DNA of 64,000 nucleotides from Eledone cirrhosa. Lineage: Eukaryota. Position 1 is the stretch's first letter, and each line of letters opens with the position of its first letter. A model generated the notes under the pieces. The model did no database searches, had not been told where the DNA came from, and saw nothing but the letters and a program-made list of their open reading frames with translations. Below, piece after piece: positions 28,186-40,096 of the stretch. The stretch covers positions 23,932,001 to 23,996,000 of the forward strand of contig OZ024745.1 of the NCBI GenBank assembly GCA_964016885.1, given 5' to 3'. The position numbers and the translations under genes were made by a program.

Positions 28186-28607
28186 TACCTATCTTCCGGC
28201 CTCTCTAGAGAATCGTAAAAGCACATATCGTTATATGCTTTTTCTATGAAAATTAGTAGTGGGCAGACCAATTTGCATAGAGTGTGAGTAAGTACCGGTT
28301 CAACGGAGACGATAAAAACAAATAACGAAACGAAATTAAATTTCGTTTCATTTGTAACTCACTTTTGTATGACTGACGCTTAAACAATTAAGTTAAAGAT
28401 GTACATCCATATATGTATACTGAAATACTAGTATGTATATGAATACACACACGTATACATATGTAGATGTACCAAGTTTTTTCACTGGTCACTTTACTGT
28501 GAGTGGCCAGCTATTCTGTATGTAAACACACAGACAAACCGGTTTTTAGAGTCATACTGGTTTTTGAGGAAACACCTTTCCTCTATTCTTCAGAAAGCCA
28601 GACAAGG

Positions 28608-28652
28608 AATATTGAACTAGTTTCGTTGTTGTTACAACTCATCAGCAATATT
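28608..28652 (-). ncRNA. Minimal hammerhead, array unit 3
   Basis: AAUAUUG CUGAUGA GUUGU aaca ACAAC GAAA CUAG UU CAAUAUU. Confidence 0.88.
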
Positions 28653-29074
28653 TACCTATCTTCCGGCCTCTCTAGAGAATCGTAAAAGCACATATCGTTA
28701 TATGCTTTTTCTATGAAAATTAGTAGTGGGCAGACCAATTTGCATAGAGTGTGAGTAAGTACCGGTTCAACGGAGACGATAAAAACAAATAACGAAACGA
28801 AATTAAATTTCGTTTCATTTGTAACTCACTTTTGTATGACTGACGCTTAAACAATTAAGTTAAAGATGTACATCCATATATGTATACTGAAATACTAGTA
28901 TGTATATGAATACACACACGTATACATATGTAGATGTACCAAGTTTTTTCACTGGGCACTTTACTGTGAGTGGCCAGCTATTCTGTATGTAAACACACAG
29001 ACAAACCGGTTTTTAGAGTCATACTGGTTTTTGAGGAAACACCTTTCCTCTATTCTTCAGAAAGCCAGACAAGG

Positions 29075-29119
29075 AATATTGAACTAGTTTCGTTGTTGTT
29101 ACAACTCATCAGCAATATT
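29075..29119 (-). ncRNA. Minimal hammerhead, array unit 4
   Basis: Same sequence as unit 3. Confidence 0.88.
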
Positions 29120-29541
29120 TACCTATCTTCCGGCCTCTCTAGAGAATCGTAAAAGCACATATCGTTATATGCTTTTTCTATGAAAATTAGTAGTGGGCAG
29201 ACCAATTTGCATAGAGTGTGAGTAAGTACCGGTTCAACGGAGACGATAAAAACAAATAACGAAACGAAATTAAATTTCGTTTCATTTGTAACTCACTTTT
29301 GTATGACTGACGCTTAAACAATTAAGTTAAAGATGTACATCCATATATGTATACTGAAATACTAGTATGTATATGAATACACACACGTATACATATGTAG
29401 ATGTACCAAGTTTTTTCACTGGTCACTTTACTGTGAGTGGCCAGCTATTCTGTATGTAAACACACAGACAAACCGGTTTTTAGAGTCATACTGGTTTTTG
29501 AGGAAACACCTTTCCTCTATTCTTCAGAAAGCCAGACAAGG

Positions 29542-29586
29542 AATATTGAACTAGTTTCGTTGTTGTTACAACTCATCAGCAATATT
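29542..29586 (-). ncRNA. Minimal hammerhead, array unit 5
   Basis: Same sequence as unit 3. Confidence 0.88.
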
Positions 29587-30008
29587 TACCTATCTTCCGG
29601 CCTCTCTAGAGAATCGTAAAAGCACATATCGTTATATGCTTTTTCTATGAAAATTAGTAGTGGGCAGACCAATTTGCATAGAGTGTGAGTAAGTACCGGT
29701 TCAACGGAGACGATAAAAACAAATAACGAAACGAAATTAAATTTCGTTTCATTTGTAACTCACTTTTGTATGACTGACGCTTAAACAATTAAGTTAAAGA
29801 TGTACATCCATATATGTATACTGAAATACTAGTATGTATATGAATACACACACGTATACATATGTAGATGTACCAAGTTTTTTCACTGGTCACTTTACTG
29901 TGAGTGGCCAGCTATTCTGTATGTAAACACACAGACAAACCGGTTTTTAGAGTCATACTGGTTTTTGAGGAAACACCTTTCCTCTATTCTTCAGAAAGCC
30001 AGACAAGG

Positions 30009-30053
30009 AATATTGAACTAGTTTCGTTGTTGTTACAACTCATCAGCAATATT
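30009..30053 (-). ncRNA. Minimal hammerhead, array unit 6
   Basis: Same sequence as unit 3. Confidence 0.88.
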
Positions 30054-30479
30054 TACCTATCTTCCGGCCTCTCTAGAGAATCGTAAAAGCACATATCGTT
30101 ATATGCTTTTTCTATGAAAATTAGTAGTGGGCAGACCAATTTGCATAGAGTGTGAGTAAGTACCGGTTCAACGGAGACGATAAAAACAAATAACGAAACG
30201 AAATTAAATTTCGTTTCATTTGTAACTCACTTTTGTATGACTGACGCTTAAACAATTAAGTTAAAGATGTACATCCATATATGTATACTGAAATACTAGT
30301 ATGTATATGAATACACACACGTATACATATGTAGATGTACCAAGTTTTTTCACTGGTCACTTTACTGTGAGTGGCCAGCTATTCTGTATGTAAACACACA
30401 GACAAACCGGTTTTCTAATAGAAAAAGCATATAACGATATGTGCTTTTACGATTCTCTAGAGAGGCCGGAAGATAGGTA

Positions 30480-30524
30480 AATATTGCTGATGAGTTGTAA
30501 CAACAACGAAACTAGTTCAATATT
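30480..30524 (+). ncRNA. Minimal hammerhead in the inverted terminal unit
   Basis: Plus strand aatattg ctgatga gttgt aaca acaac gaaa ctag tt caatatt. Confidence 0.88.
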
Positions 30525-30753
30525 CCTTGTCTGGCTTTCTGAAGAATAGAGGAAAGGTGTTTCCTCAAAAACCAGTATGACTCTAAAAACCGGTTTGTCT
30601 GTGTGTTTACATACAGAATAGCTGGCCACTCACAGTAAAGTGACCAGTGAAAAAACTTGGTACATCTACATATGTATACGTGTGTGTATTCATATACATA
30701 CTAGTATTTCAGTATACATATATGGATGTACATCTTTAACTTAATTGTTTATA

Positions 30754-30830
<77 letters not shown>

Positions 30831-30879
30831 GAATACATATATATGTGTGTGTATGTGTGTGTGTGTGTGTGTCTGTCTT

Positions 30880-31075
30880 TGTCTTAGATTCTTCTGCGCC
30901 GTTCGGCTCATCGAGCAGTAGGTACTCGCCAACGGTCACGATTAGCGGCAACTTTTTCCAGACCGTACCAGGTGATGTTGGCTGCCATCAGGTCCTTCCG
31001 GAACGTTCGTCGCCAGGTGATCCTTGGGCAACCCCGCCTCCGTTTACCGCCAGGCGGAGTTCAGTTCATCGCTGT
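30880..31075 (-). mobile_element. RTE-clade LINE 3' fragment
   Basis: Minus-strand translation TPPGGKRRRGCPRITWRRTFRKDLMAANITWYGLEKVAANRDRWR fits the RTE C-terminal motif GKR.RGRP..TW...A.DR..WR. Confidence 0.85.
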
Positions 31076-31100
31076 TTTCATGTGTGTGTCTGTGTGTGTG

Positions 31101-31170
<70 letters not shown>

Positions 31171-31237
31171 TTATTTCGGTAGGAAGGGTAAAGGAAAGGA
31201 GAGTGATCTATGTAAGCTACAGAAATATTTAGTTATG

Positions 31238-31452
31238 TAATAAACAACATAAGACAAGTATTCCATTTACCAAAGGTTTCACGAAGACAGACGAGCTCAA
31301 CACAGACGTCTGAAATCGCTCATCAAAATAAAAACTTTAATATGGACGTACATATTAAATTTTTTATTCTGATGAGCGATTTTAGACGTCTGTTTTGAGC
31401 TCATCTGTCTTCGTGAAACCTTTGGTAAATGGAATACTTGTCTTATGTTGTT

Positions 31453-31457
<5 letters not shown>
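31238..31457. repeat. Fold-back inverted repeat (~105-bp arms) carrying a hammerhead
   Basis: 31238-31344 is the reverse complement of 31352-31457 with a few mismatches. Confidence 0.9.
31362..31434 (+). ncRNA. Type I hammerhead ribozyme
   Basis: UUUUAUU CUGAUGA GCGA-(~31 nt)-UCGU GAAA CCuuuGG UA AAUGGAA. The mirror copy on the minus strand has UUGAUGA, a C-to-U core change. Confidence 0.75.
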
Positions 31458-31496
<39 letters not shown>

Positions 31497-31945
31497 CACA
31501 CATATATACACGGAACTAAACTTTTAAATCAAATTTTCCAGTCCGGCCCCTTGTTGTTGTTTAATAAATACTTTACTTCGTTCCTGCACCAACCACTGGA
31601 TACCATATCTACGATAAATTACTTGCCTAACGTTGAGTGCTTTTTTATAAATTATATATAATTATATAAAAACGTTTTTGTTTTTGTTACTTTTAGTAGT
31701 GTGGTGTTGTTATTATGGTGATAATGATGCTTAAGTATTCAAGACTAATTAACCTTTAATTATTATATATATATATATATGTATTCTCTATTCTTCCTTC
31801 ACCCCCCTCCCTCTTCACTACTCTCCTATTTCCTTTCTTTATATAAATTATTTCTGTTTCTTTCCTCCGACACAGGTTGTAAAGTTGCTCCTCCTAACCA
31901 ACGAAACGTTTGTCCCTGGTATGGCTTCGTTATAATACAAACCTT

Positions 31946-32039
<94 letters not shown>

Positions 32040-32043
<4 letters not shown>

Positions 32044-32222
32044 TTTCTACTTTAGGCACAAGGCCAGCAATTACCCACATACATTACTGGTACTTTATTT
32101 TATCGACCCCGTAAGGATGAAAGGCAAAGTTAACCTCGGCGGGATTTGAACTCAGACCGTAAAGGGACGTAACTCTATGCTTCAAAGAATGGTGTCCGAC
32201 TCTCTACCGATAATGCCAAATG
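32040..32222 (-). mobile_element. tRNA-derived SINE (main family) with long (TAA)n tail
   Basis: Reverse complement of the 1797-1973 family. (TAA)n at ~31985-32042. Confidence 0.88.
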
Positions 32223-32229
32223 ATTTCAT

Positions 32230-32970
32230 TTATTGGCTACAAGGGCCGACATATAGGGGACAATACAAAAGACTGGGACAGTGGGGGTTTACATATACAA
32301 CATGTAAACAACAACAAAATAACAAGAAAAATACAACAAGAAAAAATCCCCAATAGGGGAGATGACCACCCAGGGCTCACTCAGGTACCCCACCAATCCT
32401 GAACGACGCGACGCTTCGAGAGCACCCGGGAGGGGCACCCCTCTCCTTCTCAAATTCACCCAGCTACAGGCGCATAATCAGAGTAGGCCCACTCACACGG
32501 GCCATTCTCGCCACATCCACCCACGTTTCAGCAAATGTACAGGGGGGCAGCACTTTTCTCTCCACCCTCACCTTCCTTTCCAAGTGAAACTTGAAAAAGT
32601 TGATGAGGGATTGGCCGAAGACAAAAGTGTCTGTCTTCAGTCCTTTCAACCTGGTCCACCATACAACCTTTTTCGCTACTGCCACCAGACAGAGGAATAT
32701 TTCCTGCCCTTCCTGGCCAAAAGAAGGCGGCGGTTCGATCTTCACTATGGACTCGGCTGATAGCCGGATTCGTTCTACACGCGATAGTAGCTGTTCGACA
32801 TAACTCCACAAGTCAGTAATGCACCGACACTGGACGAGTGCGTGCAGAACGGTTTCGTCGCTCTGCGCGTATCTCGAGCAGGTTCGTCTGACAGCACTTC
32901 CGTGCCTGTAGAGTTTATCTCGAGCCGGCAGTGACCCCCGGTAACACTGCCAAGCGAGGGAATTCTGGAA
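32230..32970 (-). mobile_element. Tx1/L1-clade LINE 3' fragment (zf-RVT and C-terminus, 3' UTR)
   Basis: Minus strand ..CSRYAQSDETVLHALVQCRCITDLWSYVEQLL..FLCLVAVAKKVVWWTR.. has the ET..H....C....W zinc knuckle and the AK..IW..R motif of L1/Tx1 ORF2. Confidence 0.75.
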
Positions 32971-33014
32971 AAAAGGACGATTCGTTTTTTCTTCATTACT
33001 TTTATATATATATA

Positions 33015-33950
33015 TATATGGAATAGCTTAGATAGGATTAGACATAAGATAGGGAAAGCCACCTCATGGTACGACAACCAGAGATACCAGAGTGTCATGT
33101 TTGTGGACGCTACCTCTGGAGAGAAATTAGCTAACCAGTGTAGAAAGGCCCTGAGAAAGACCCACTTAAAGATTAAGGTGGTAGAAAACCCAGTAACCAA
33201 CATAAAATCCCTGATCAGCAAAACCTAGCCTTTTAAGAAAACCCACTGTACTAATAGGAAATGTATCATATGTAAAGTAAACCCCCGCATAAACTGTAAA
33301 ACTAGAAACGTAGTCTATAGCATAAGATGTACAGAGGGTACTTGCAGAAACATGACAACAACATACATAGGCGAGACAGCTCGTAGCATAGGTGAAAGGA
33401 TAGACCAACACTGGGGGGAACTAAAAGGACAAAAAACGGTTCAAACTATACGAACATGCTAGACAACAACACAACGGTAACATAGACAACATAGAAATTA
33501 GAATAATATCTAAACATAGAAATGACCCAGCAGATAGGCAAATCAGAGAGGCCAGCGAAATAGAACTTAGAAGGCGAAGGCTAAACAGAAAAAATGAATG
33601 GAATAACAACAACACCCATACAAACAACACTGACCTAAGAGAAGTATAAATAAATAAATAAATACATACACAAGCACAATAACAACAAACACATATAAAC
33701 ACACACTAGTAAACTAAGATAGAATACATTAACCAATACACAGTCACCCAAACAAGAACACACATCAAACAAAACACTATACACACACACAAACGCATGC
33801 GCAGAGAAGACAAAAAATAATAAACACATAAATAAATAAATAAATAAACAGACTAAATAAAGATGGCGTAAGCATACAATGCAACGGGAGGAAACATAAT
33901 AGCAACACTGACGATATTGCAAATGTGCAATGAAAGAACTTTGATAGACT
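33015..33950 (+). mobile_element. Penelope-like element 3' fragment (Cys linker and GIY-YIG pseudogene, 3' repeat)
   Basis: SVMFVDATSGEKLA..KIKVVE..IKSLISKT*PFKKTHCTNRKCIICK..NCKTRNVVYSIRC..TYIGETARSIGERIDQH. A degenerate hammerhead-like ctgacga-tattgca aatg tgcaat-gaaa lies at ~33905-33945. Confidence 0.88.
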
Positions 33951-34191
33951 ATATATATATGTGTTTGTGTCTATATTGTATCTGTATTTTTGACCGTTGG
34001 TCAGTCAATGGCAACATTGAGGACCGAATAAATTAAATTAACCGATATAAAAGACACAGGTGCGAAAACCAACCAAACAGTGAGTGTGTTCTGTTATTAA
34101 TTCTGGCAATATTATTCCACAAATATGACCCTCCCCAAGTATAACAATATTTGTTTCGACACACGATTTCATATAAAAGACCTCGCAAAAC

Positions 34192-34223
<32 letters not shown>

Positions 34224-34228
34224 AGTGT

Positions 34229-34287
<59 letters not shown>

Positions 34288-34482
34288 TGTGTGTGTGTCT
34301 GTATGTCTGTGTCTGTGTCTGTGTTTCTGTGTGTGTGTTTGTGTGTGTGTATACGAATGTTCAGGGGAAAAATAGCTATAGTAATAACATTTCAAGGTCA
34401 ATGTAGCTGTTTGACAATCAGCAAGAATAGTGGAAGCTTCTCATTAGAGGTTTATTAGGTAAAAGTATCATCATCATCATTA

Positions 34483-34901
34483 TCTATCAAAGGCAGATTG
34501 TTGTTGTTGTGTGTGTGTCTGCATGTTCCATGGTTATACATTTGCACAATTTCAAATTCGATTCGACTCAAAGTCTGTAAGAATGTTGTAAATGTCTAAC
34601 TTATGTCAACGACTATTTATTTCATTCACACTCACCCACAATTACGGAAATAATCGATAAAACTAAATACATGACGCTTTACCCCTCTAATACAATCAGA
34701 AATCCTCTCTCTACTCCCCTTAAACTTTAAGAGAGAGAGAGAGTGTGTGAGAGGGCGAGAGAGAGAGAACGTTTTTTTGTTGTTGTTGAATAAATTTATC
34801 TGTTGCTTTTGAATAATTGTTGTTTCGTATGAAATGTAATAAGTTCTCTTTTTCATTGAAGTAAATAAATGTTTGACCGTTCCACACTCAAAAACAAACG
34901 T

Positions 34902-34932
<31 letters not shown>

Positions 34933-34945
34933 GTTTGTAAGTTTA
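34483..34945 (+). mobile_element. Partial and rearranged duplicate of the adjacent Helitron 5' half
   Basis: 34483-34720 matches 34959-35200. 34785-34925 is the inverse of ~35275-35405. Confidence 0.75.
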
Positions 34946-34958
34946 ATCATCATCATCA

Positions 34959-36058
34959 TCTATAAAAAGCAGATTGTTGTTGTTGTTGTGTGTGTGTGCA
35001 TGTTCCATGTTTATACATTTGCACAATTTCAAACTGATTCGACTCAACGTCTGTAAGAATCTTGTAAATGGTCTAACTTAGGTCAACGACTATTTACTTC
35101 ATTTAAGCTCACGCACAATTACGGAAATAATCGAGAGAACTAAATACATGATGCTTTACCCCTCTAATACAATCTGATTAACTCTCTCTACTCCCCTTAA
35201 CATTCGATAAAACTACATACATGCTTACAAACTTCCTTTAGGAACGCCGAAGAGAGAGAGAAGAGAGTGAGAGGGAGAGAGAGAGAGAACGTTTGTTTTT
35301 GAGTGTGGAACGGTCAAACATTTATTTACTTCAATGACAAAGAGAACTTATTACATTTCATACGAAACAACAATTATTCAAAAGCAACAGGTAAATTTAT
35401 TCAACAAAAAAAAGTAGCGATAAATCTTTTTTAAAACCTCTCAACGAACGTGGAAGAAAGAAGTATCAGTTTATTTACGATACATAATAATATACTCTAT
35501 GAGGTCACTAAACCTGCTAAAAACAGCAGCTAACTCTCCCCCATATCACACCACTCCCTACTGTCTTAAATTTAGAAAACATATCTTCTCTGAGGTCACT
35601 AAACCTGCTAGAAACAGCAGCTAACTCTCCCCCATATCACACCACTCCCTGCTGTCTTAAATTTAGAAAACATATCCTCTATGAGGTCAGTAAACCTGCT
35701 AGAAACAGCAGCTAACTCTCCCCCATATCACACCACTCCCTACTGTCTTAAATTTAGAAAACACACAGACAACCATGCAGAACAACTCCATCGCAGCTCT
35801 GTTGTTCGGCTGGCATCGTCTACGCGCGTGTTGTGCAAGTACGGTGAAACAATAAATTTCAACATTTCTTTGCACAGAGATAATATCCATAGGCGAAACT
35901 ACAATTGTCACTGCTGGCGCAGCTCCTGCTTCGGCAGTCCAGGTCTGCAATTCATTCACCCAGTGCCTGGCAGACAAAAAAGTGCTGCCATAAAATGGGT
36001 GGTGCAACCTAACTTTGGTAACTTACTGACGCCGAGCAACGCCGGGCTTTAATGCTAG
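34959..36058 (+). mobile_element. Non-autonomous Helitron
   Basis: A|TC start (tctataaaaagcag). 3' hairpin ccgagcaacgccggg then aatgCTAG|T. No TSD. Contains three ~90-bp internal tandem units (35497-35762). Confidence 0.8.
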
Positions 36059-36221
36059 TTTAGGAATAAAAAAACAACGGGCCGTATGAATGCGGTGATA
36101 CAAAATACATAGATAATAATGGACGGTGAAAAAATTAAGACAGTTTATGTTTCTAAACTGTTTCTACAAAAATGAGCAGAAAAAATCTTGTAGATAATGG
36201 ACTTTGAACGTATGATGTAAA

Positions 36222-36978
36222 TAATTATTTCTACTTTTGGCACAAGGCCAACAATTACCCAGTACATTACTGGTACTTTATTTTATCGACACGGTAAGGA
36301 TGAAATAAATGGACTTTGAACAAGGTTGGTGGATTGGCAGTATCGGTAGAGGGTCAGACGCTATGCTTTCCAGCAAAGAGTTACGGCTCTGAGTTCAAAT
36401 CCCGCCGAGGTTAATTTTGCCTTTCATCCTTACGGGGTCGATAATTGCCGGCCTTGTGCCAAAAGTAGAAACAATTATTTGTATATAGGTGTAGTTTTAT
36501 TTCATAATCTGGGCATTGGTTCCAAGAATTATATATTAAGTCTGCTCATTGTTTTGCCATCACAGAATTTATAAAATATTTAAGGAAGTAATCTCCATAT
36601 ATCAAAACATTGCTTCTTTAAATATTTTATAAATTCTCTGAAGAGACAAGAACAAGCATAATTACTATTCAATTTCTCCCTTATACAAAGAAAAGTATAA
36701 CTAATTACCCCTTGAATACAACAATTCCTCACAAAAAATTCCAGATCTGCCAACTTGCCCCGTCCGACGGAGTGCTCTCCCACCCACTTTGGGGTGGGTG
36801 AGAGATGTCTTCTCTTGTGAAAATGGGTATAGCTTTCAGCATAGTTACGTCCCTTTACGATCTGAGTTCAAATCCCGCCGAGGTTGACTTTGCCTTTCAT
36901 CCTTACGGGGTCGATAAAATTAAGTACCAGTAATGCACTGGGTAATTGCTGGCCTTGTGCCTAAAGTAGAAACAATTA
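36222..36978. mobile_element. Three SINE copies (36222-36300 minus, 36325-36478 plus, 36830-36978 plus)
   Basis: Main SINE family core. Direct repeat atggactttgaac flanks the first copy. Confidence 0.85.
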
Positions 36979-38830
36979 TGTAAAATCTCCCCATTTTGCC
37001 TCATTTCTCCCCGTTTTGGGGCACTTTTTATCATGGTACTCCCCGTTTGTGTTTTAGAGGTTGGCAGGTCTGAGATTGTATAATACAGAGCCGATGTAAA
37101 ATTGTTGGATGAGTGAAAAGACACATATCGGGTTAAATGAAAAATCGTTTAAAACCCTATATACAGCATATGTCAATTCTTTCCGGTACAGAAGCAAGGG
37201 CTATTTCACTTCCTTAGTTATTTGGTAGCTAAAAGACAAAGAACAATGCAAGCACACACTTAAATAAAATATACGTTAGAGGTAATAACTGCTTTTCATA
37301 TGCATTTGAAAAGCTTAAAATATAATATTTGGGGCCAATATGTTGAATATGTGAGAAAAAATATTTTCGCTTTGTTTGCAAAAAATATAAACTACAATAT
37401 TATGAATTTATCTTTGTACTGATTGTATTCGAATTACAGAAAAGGTTGTACATATAATTGTTATATGGGACTATCTTGTGAAATTTTATTTCTAACGTTA
37501 ATTTTAAAAATAGAAAAGAGCTTTACCTGTTAAAATTGACCTTCACACTTTCGCAAAATGAAATGTGCAGTGTGTAACTTGAAAGTGTAATTTCACTGCA
37601 AACAAAATAATAGTTATATTCATGTAAATTGTCTCCCCTTGAGGACACAATGTCCTGGGTGTCCGCGTAATTACATTTTCAAGATTATGCCTCGCATTTA
37701 TTCACCTTCGGTAAACATAGTCTTGGCCAAGAGGTGTTGATGTCATTAGACAGTGTCCAACGTTCATTGCTGTTTCAGCCATCACCTGTAACACCCCCTC
37801 ACTGGTGGGTCAGCAACGGTGGCCAAATTACTGCCTATCTTCGCTACTGGGCTTCCAGCTTATCTCCTCTCTCTTGCCCCAAAACCAACAAGAGGCCATT
37901 TCCGCTGCCCACCCCCATCCATGGAAGTGTAACCGTCTTCTCTCTTCCTGCCATTCGGTGCCCTCCTGCGAGCGCTGTGAATGAGGTTGCTAGTCTTTTA
38001 CACCCACGGCAGTCTTACCTGGAGGTCAGCTGTCTTTCCAGAGTCACCGAACGTCCTGGCTGTCAATTTTAATGGTGAACTATCTCCCTTAACATGTAAC
38101 TTGCCCATATAACCTATAAGTAAGTTACAACTGACTAGGTTCCCCGGGGAAATGGATGTTATGGCTGCTATTTTCGTGTAATTGTTGTTTTTAATCATGT
38201 TTACATTACAAAAGCATAACGTATCATCTGAGGAAAGGAGAATTGGTGGAAACTCGGAGTAGTTTCGCAAAAGGTAGGATCTGAGAAAATGTAATAAACA
38301 TACATACACTGTACATGTATTTATGTATCCATGTATATATGTGAGTATGTATATGTATGTGTGTGCATGTGTACGTGTGTGTGTGTATGCGTGTGTGTGC
38401 GAGCATGTGTGTGTATATATATATGTGTATATGTGTATATGTGTATATGTGAGAGAGTGTGTGTATGTGTGTATATGTGTGTGTGCGTATGTGTGTGTGT
38501 GTCTGTGAGTGTGTGTGTGTACATATTCACTTGTTACAGTTTCTATAGCATAGAGGAAAGATGACTTATTTTGTGGTTTAGTGTATATTGCCTGTCTAAA
38601 CTATACATACTAATACTATTTCTATCAACTGTAATTTTACGTCATTGTCAATGGTCATGCGCCTCTTTTTACTTTATATACACGTAGGCTAATATACATG
38701 CAGAGCTATTATATTTGTTATAACACGTAGACCATTATACATGTAGACCAATTCTTCAATGTATGGCTATTAAAATCTTTTGTTTGTAAAGTTTACATTC
38801 ACGCAGGACAATTCTACAATTTATAGCTAT

Positions 38831-39144
38831 CTCGACCGGATTTAATGGGGGGGGGGGGGGGTGCAAAGGGGAAAATTGTCCCGGGTCCCTGCAGTGGAGG
38901 GTGGGGTGGACCAACGACGGTCGTACCAATTTATTTGTGACCTCAATTGGCCTTTTTAGTTTTAGGATGGTTAGAATTTTTGAATTTAATCCCTGTATGT
39001 ATAACTTTTCAATTCCAATTACTTACACCAAGCTAACTTTGATGTGTAAAATTGGGGGTTTGCTGTGTATTCTAATTTTTCGTGTATGAGGAGCCTCCTA
39101 AACCTGAAGTGCCCTGGGCCCTCCAAGGTCTAAATCCAACCCTG
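38831..39144. mobile_element. hAT-type MITE with 8-bp TSD, inserted in a degenerate ~55-60 bp minisatellite
   Basis: TIRs ctcgaccggattta / taaatccaaccctg (CAGGGCCGGATTTA type). TSD atagctat / ttagctat with one mismatch. Confidence 0.72.
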
Positions 39145-39580
39145 TTAGCTATTTTATTCTTTTGGTATATAAAGTTAGTTTATATACACGTAGGCCAATT
39201 CTTTAATATATAGCTATTATATTCTTTGGTATATAAAGTTAATTTATATACACACAGACCACTTCTTCGGTGTATAGATATTAAAATCTTTGGTGTATGA
39301 AGTTACTTTATATACCATAGCTATTATTTTTATTAACTATTTTCAATATCATTTTGATGCAGTTGTTGCTTTTTAGCTAATGTAGTGTTATTGCGTTTCC
39401 TTGACCAATTCGTCAGTTGTTTAGTTTCTATTTCAACACTTCCATATTATATACTCCAACATGAGATTTATATCGGGTATAAATCAGTATGGAATGTGAA
39501 TATGTTTGTGATAGAGGTTCGTTCTCATTACACAAAATGTTGTTATTCTGCTAAAGTGTTCGTTATTGTATCACGTCTCC

Positions 39581-40096
39581 AGGCAGCAAATTGGCAGAAC
39601 CGTTATAACGTCGGATCGCATGTTTTGCGGTATTCGTTTTGGCTCCATACTCTGAGTTCAAATCCTACCGAGGTCAATTATCTTTGCCTTTCATCCATTA
39701 GAGATCGATAAAAAAGTACCAGTCAAGTACTGGGGTTGATTCTTCCTCTATATCTATATCTCACTCCCACTCTCTCACTCTCTAACTTTCTCTGAAAGAA
39801 ACCTGTTGTATTCGAACCTGGAGACGATCAGGCTCCGCCAGGTTTGGAAACGCCCTAGAAATGTTGTATGTCAATACGGTGTTCCTACGACTCCATTAAG
39901 AGTTATGCAGCCGGGGGATTGGCAGCATCGGTAGAGGGTCGGACGCCATGCTTTCCAGCATAGTTACGTCCCTTTATGGTCTGAGTTCAAATCCCGCCGA
40001 AGTTAACTTTGCCTTTCATCCTTACAGGGTCGATAAAATAAAGTACCAGTAATGCGCTGGGTAATTGCTGGCCTTGTGCCAAAAGTATAAACAATT
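39581..40096 (+). mobile_element. Two SINE copies (39581-39740 and 39908-40096)
   Basis: A and B boxes plus gcctttcatcc..gtcgataaaataaagtaccagt core. Confidence 0.85.

Larger units (their letters stand above)
27378..30751. mobile_element. 467-bp tandem array (~6.5 direct units plus terminal inverted partial unit), one hammerhead per unit; retrozyme or PLE-terminal-repeat-like
   Basis: The ORF track repeats at an exact 467-bp period (27569, 28036, 28503, 28970, 29437, 29904). Inversion begins at ~30415-30420. Bounded by (TA)n on both sides. Confidence 0.92.

Noticed and set aside
27378-30414. CRISPR array or rDNA/5S/snRNA tandem cluster
   Set aside because: Units are wholly identical with no unique spacers, there are no cas genes, the context is eukaryotic, and I recognise no rRNA or snRNA sequence.
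27569-30629. Seven copies of a 60-aa ORF (MASYSVCKHTDK...)
   Set aside because: GTG start, no recognisable domain, and it simply tracks the 467-bp repeat. The hammerhead on the opposite strand explains the unit better.
38225-38268. ctgagga...gaaa-ctcggag-ta hammerhead-like motif
   Set aside because: Stems I and II do not pair, so it is probably chance.
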